64,000 nucleotides of DNA, taken from positions 19,444,651 to 19,508,650 of the forward strand of contig CM120647.1 of the NCBI GenBank assembly GCA_051362555.1, in the 5' to 3' direction. This DNA is from Lingula anatina. Taxonomy: Eukaryota; Animalia; Brachiopoda. The position numbers were made by a program, and so were the translations under genes. The notes beneath the pieces were generated by a model. It saw only the letters and a list, made by a program, of their open reading frames with translations. It did not search any database and had not been told where the DNA came from. Positions 61,701 to 64,000 of the stretch are shown here, piece after piece (position 1 is the stretch's first letter; the number at the start of each line of letters is the position of its first letter).

Positions 61701-63776
61701 CAACACACCAGGGTTAATATTTCTGTTAATTTCTGTGATAAAACAGACAGACCACTCTTGGCACACAGGGTCTGCAATAACAACACACCAGGGTTAATAT
61801 TTCTGTTAATTTCTGTGATAAAACAGACAGGCCACTCTTGGCACACAGGGTCTGCAATAACAACACACATGGGTTAATATTTCTGTTAATTTCTGTGATA
61901 AAACAGACAGGCCACTCTTGGCACACAGGGTCTGCAATAACAACACACATGGGTTAATATTTCTGTTAATTTCTGTGATAAAACAGACAGGCCACTCTTG
62001 GCACACAGGGTCTGCAATAACAACACACATGGGTTAATATTTCTGTTAATTTCTGTGATAAAACAGACAGGCCACTCTTGGCACACAGGGTCTGCAATAA
62101 CAACACACCTGGGTTAATATTTCTGTTAATTTCTGTGATAAAACAGACAGGCCACTCTTGGCACACAGGGTCTGCAATAACAACACACCTGGGTTAATAT
62201 TTCTGTTAATTTCTGTGATAAAACAGACAGACCACTCTTAGCACACAGGGTCTGCAATAACAACACACCTGGGTTAATATTTCTGTTAATTTCTGTGATA
62301 AAACAGACAGACCACTCTTAGCACACAGGGTCTGCAATAACAAAACACCTGGGTTAATATTTCTGTTAATTTCTGTGATAAAACAGACAGACCACTCTTA
62401 GCACACAGGGTCTGCTATAACAAAACACCTGGGTTAATATTTCTGTTAATTTCTGTGATAAAACAGACAGACCACTCTTAGCACACAGGGTCTGCTATAA
62501 CAAAACACCTGGGTTAATATTTCTGTTAATTTCTGTGATAAAACAGACAGACCACTCTTAGCACACAGGGTCTGCTATAACAAAACACCTGGGTTAATAT
62601 TTCTGTTAATTTCTGTGATAAAACAGACAGACCACTCTTAGCACACAGGGTCTGCTATAACAAAACACCTGGGTTAATATTTCTGTTAATTTCTGTGATA
62701 AAACAGACAGACCACTCTTAGCACACAGGGTCTGCTATAACAAAACACCTGGGTTAATATTTCTGTTAATTTCTGTGATAAAACAGACAGACCACTCTTA
62801 GCACACAGGGTCTGCTATAACAAAACACCTGGGTTAATATTTCTGTTAATTTCTGTGATAAAACAGACAGACCACTCTTAGCACACAGGGTCTGCAATAA
62901 CAACACACCTGGTTTTATATTTCTGTTCAGTTCTGTGATGTACCTGCCTGCGTGTTTCTGATTTAACCAAAAAAAAATAAAAATTACTATACCCCCTTGT
63001 CTATCTTTATTTTGCTGTTTCTGTCCCTTGTTTTCTTTACTTTCACCCATCCCTCCATCTGTCAGCTGGTATGATAACTTACCTGTAAGTACACCTCCAA
63101 GGTGCTCTTCCTACTGTCAATGTTCTCTTGTCCCATGTTTCCAATACCAAACGGCATGGTTAGCCATTTCTTTGGGCCCTTCACATCTATAACAATACAT
63201 ATGACATATTGCTTTATATTCATTACCAATGAGAAAAACAAGCCAATTTATTGGAAATACATTTATCAGTCGTGTAATGACCCCAAAGTTCCTATAATCA
63301 TAATGATTGTAATGATTACAATAATTATAATTTTCTGAAACAAACAAGTGTCTTGCCAGACATAAAGTATACATGAAATACCTGTACAGCAACTGTTGTT
63401 TGCAGAAAATATCATGATTGTAAATTTTGAAATTTATACCATCTTTCAATTTTCTTAAAAGTTACAAGCAAAAAGTATTAAGTCTGGACCTAAAAAAACT
63501 CAGAAGAGAAAAAAATTATATCTATGACTTATAGATATGCTTCTCTGCACGTAAACATTTTCAAACTTTGATTAATCCAATGTGTATCAATAATTCACAT
63601 TTCTCCAAAATATCATTATTTTACAAGAAGTGACAAAATCTACCTTTGATGCATTTTTTATACAAGTCACTGTTTTCCAACCTGGAATGAAGATTGACAA
63701 ATTCCCTGAACCTTCTCCAAACCACTTTCTTCTGCAGGATAAACTCTTCTTCCTCAGTTAAATACCAGGCTTCATA
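58714..63776 (-). CDS. SNX19: Sorting nexin-19-like (PX and C-terminal PXC domains); 5' exons lie outside the window
   Basis: Exons 63776-63644, 63186-63083, 61531-61412, 60944-60774, 60654-59924, 59503-59316, 58922-58714. PX domain RRFREFVNLHSRLE...KGPKKWL..PFG.GNM...DSRKSTLE.YLQTLC..SEL..S.EMREFLA...IAFVKKP...IDK matches SNX19 as I recall it. Nexin_C motif LNKHLLFCLAD.LLEQLLPE. Confidence 0.88.
61513..62939 (-). repeat. 80-bp minisatellite, about 18 copies, spanning an intron/exon boundary of SNX19
   Basis: Minus-strand unit ACCCTGTGTGCCAAGAGTGGTCTGTCTGTTTTATCACAGAAATTAACAGAAATATTAACCCAGGTGTGTTGTTATTGCAG. Copies of the exon start run from 61531 to 62891 in steps of 80 bp. Confidence 0.97.
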
Positions 63777-64000
63777 CTGGAAAACATGAACATAGTAATA
63801 TTCACATTCTGTCATAATTTTCTTGTAATTCTTTTTTTTCCCAAAAAAATTTAATTAAATATCACAACTTAAGGCAAAATATCGACTAAGTCATGTTTTT
63901 ATCTTGTCTAAAACTCATTAACTCACACCTATGTAAGCTCTTCTATCTCACACGGAAATAATATCTCATAAAAAATGTTTTAAATGAGATATGTATTTAC

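Noticed and set aside
61513-62939. CRISPR-like array, and the overlapping 66-94 aa ORFs
   Set aside because: The units are contiguous with no unique spacers, there are no cas genes, and this is a eukaryotic intron. The ORFs are repeat translations.

Overview
AT-rich, intron-rich animal genomic DNA, probably from an invertebrate; the repeat families look lophotrochozoan or mollusc-like, which is inference. It is not prokaryotic, so most six-frame ORFs are exon fragments or repeat artefacts. Six spliced genes were reconstructed by hand using GT-AG boundaries and exon-phase continuity: an SLC22 organic-cation-transporter-like gene (minus, 3' end outside the window), TRMT11 (minus), PSMF1/PI31 (plus), PHTF (minus, with a very large insertion), a catalytically dead carboxylesterase/neuroligin-like type I membrane protein (plus) and SNX19 (minus, 5' end outside the window). 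TRMT11/PSMF1 and PHTF/esterase-like are head-to-head pairs; PSMF1/PHTF and esterase-like/SNX19 are tail-to-tail. Introns carry MITEs and a Helentron-associated (HINE/DINE-1-like) family, including a nested inverted copy. The most striking pattern is minisatellites whose unit is a copy of a 3' splice site plus the start of the exon: 21 in-frame, stop-free acceptors (39 bp unit) in the esterase-like gene and 18 acceptors (80 bp unit) in SNX19. All coordinates were counted by eye and no database search was run.
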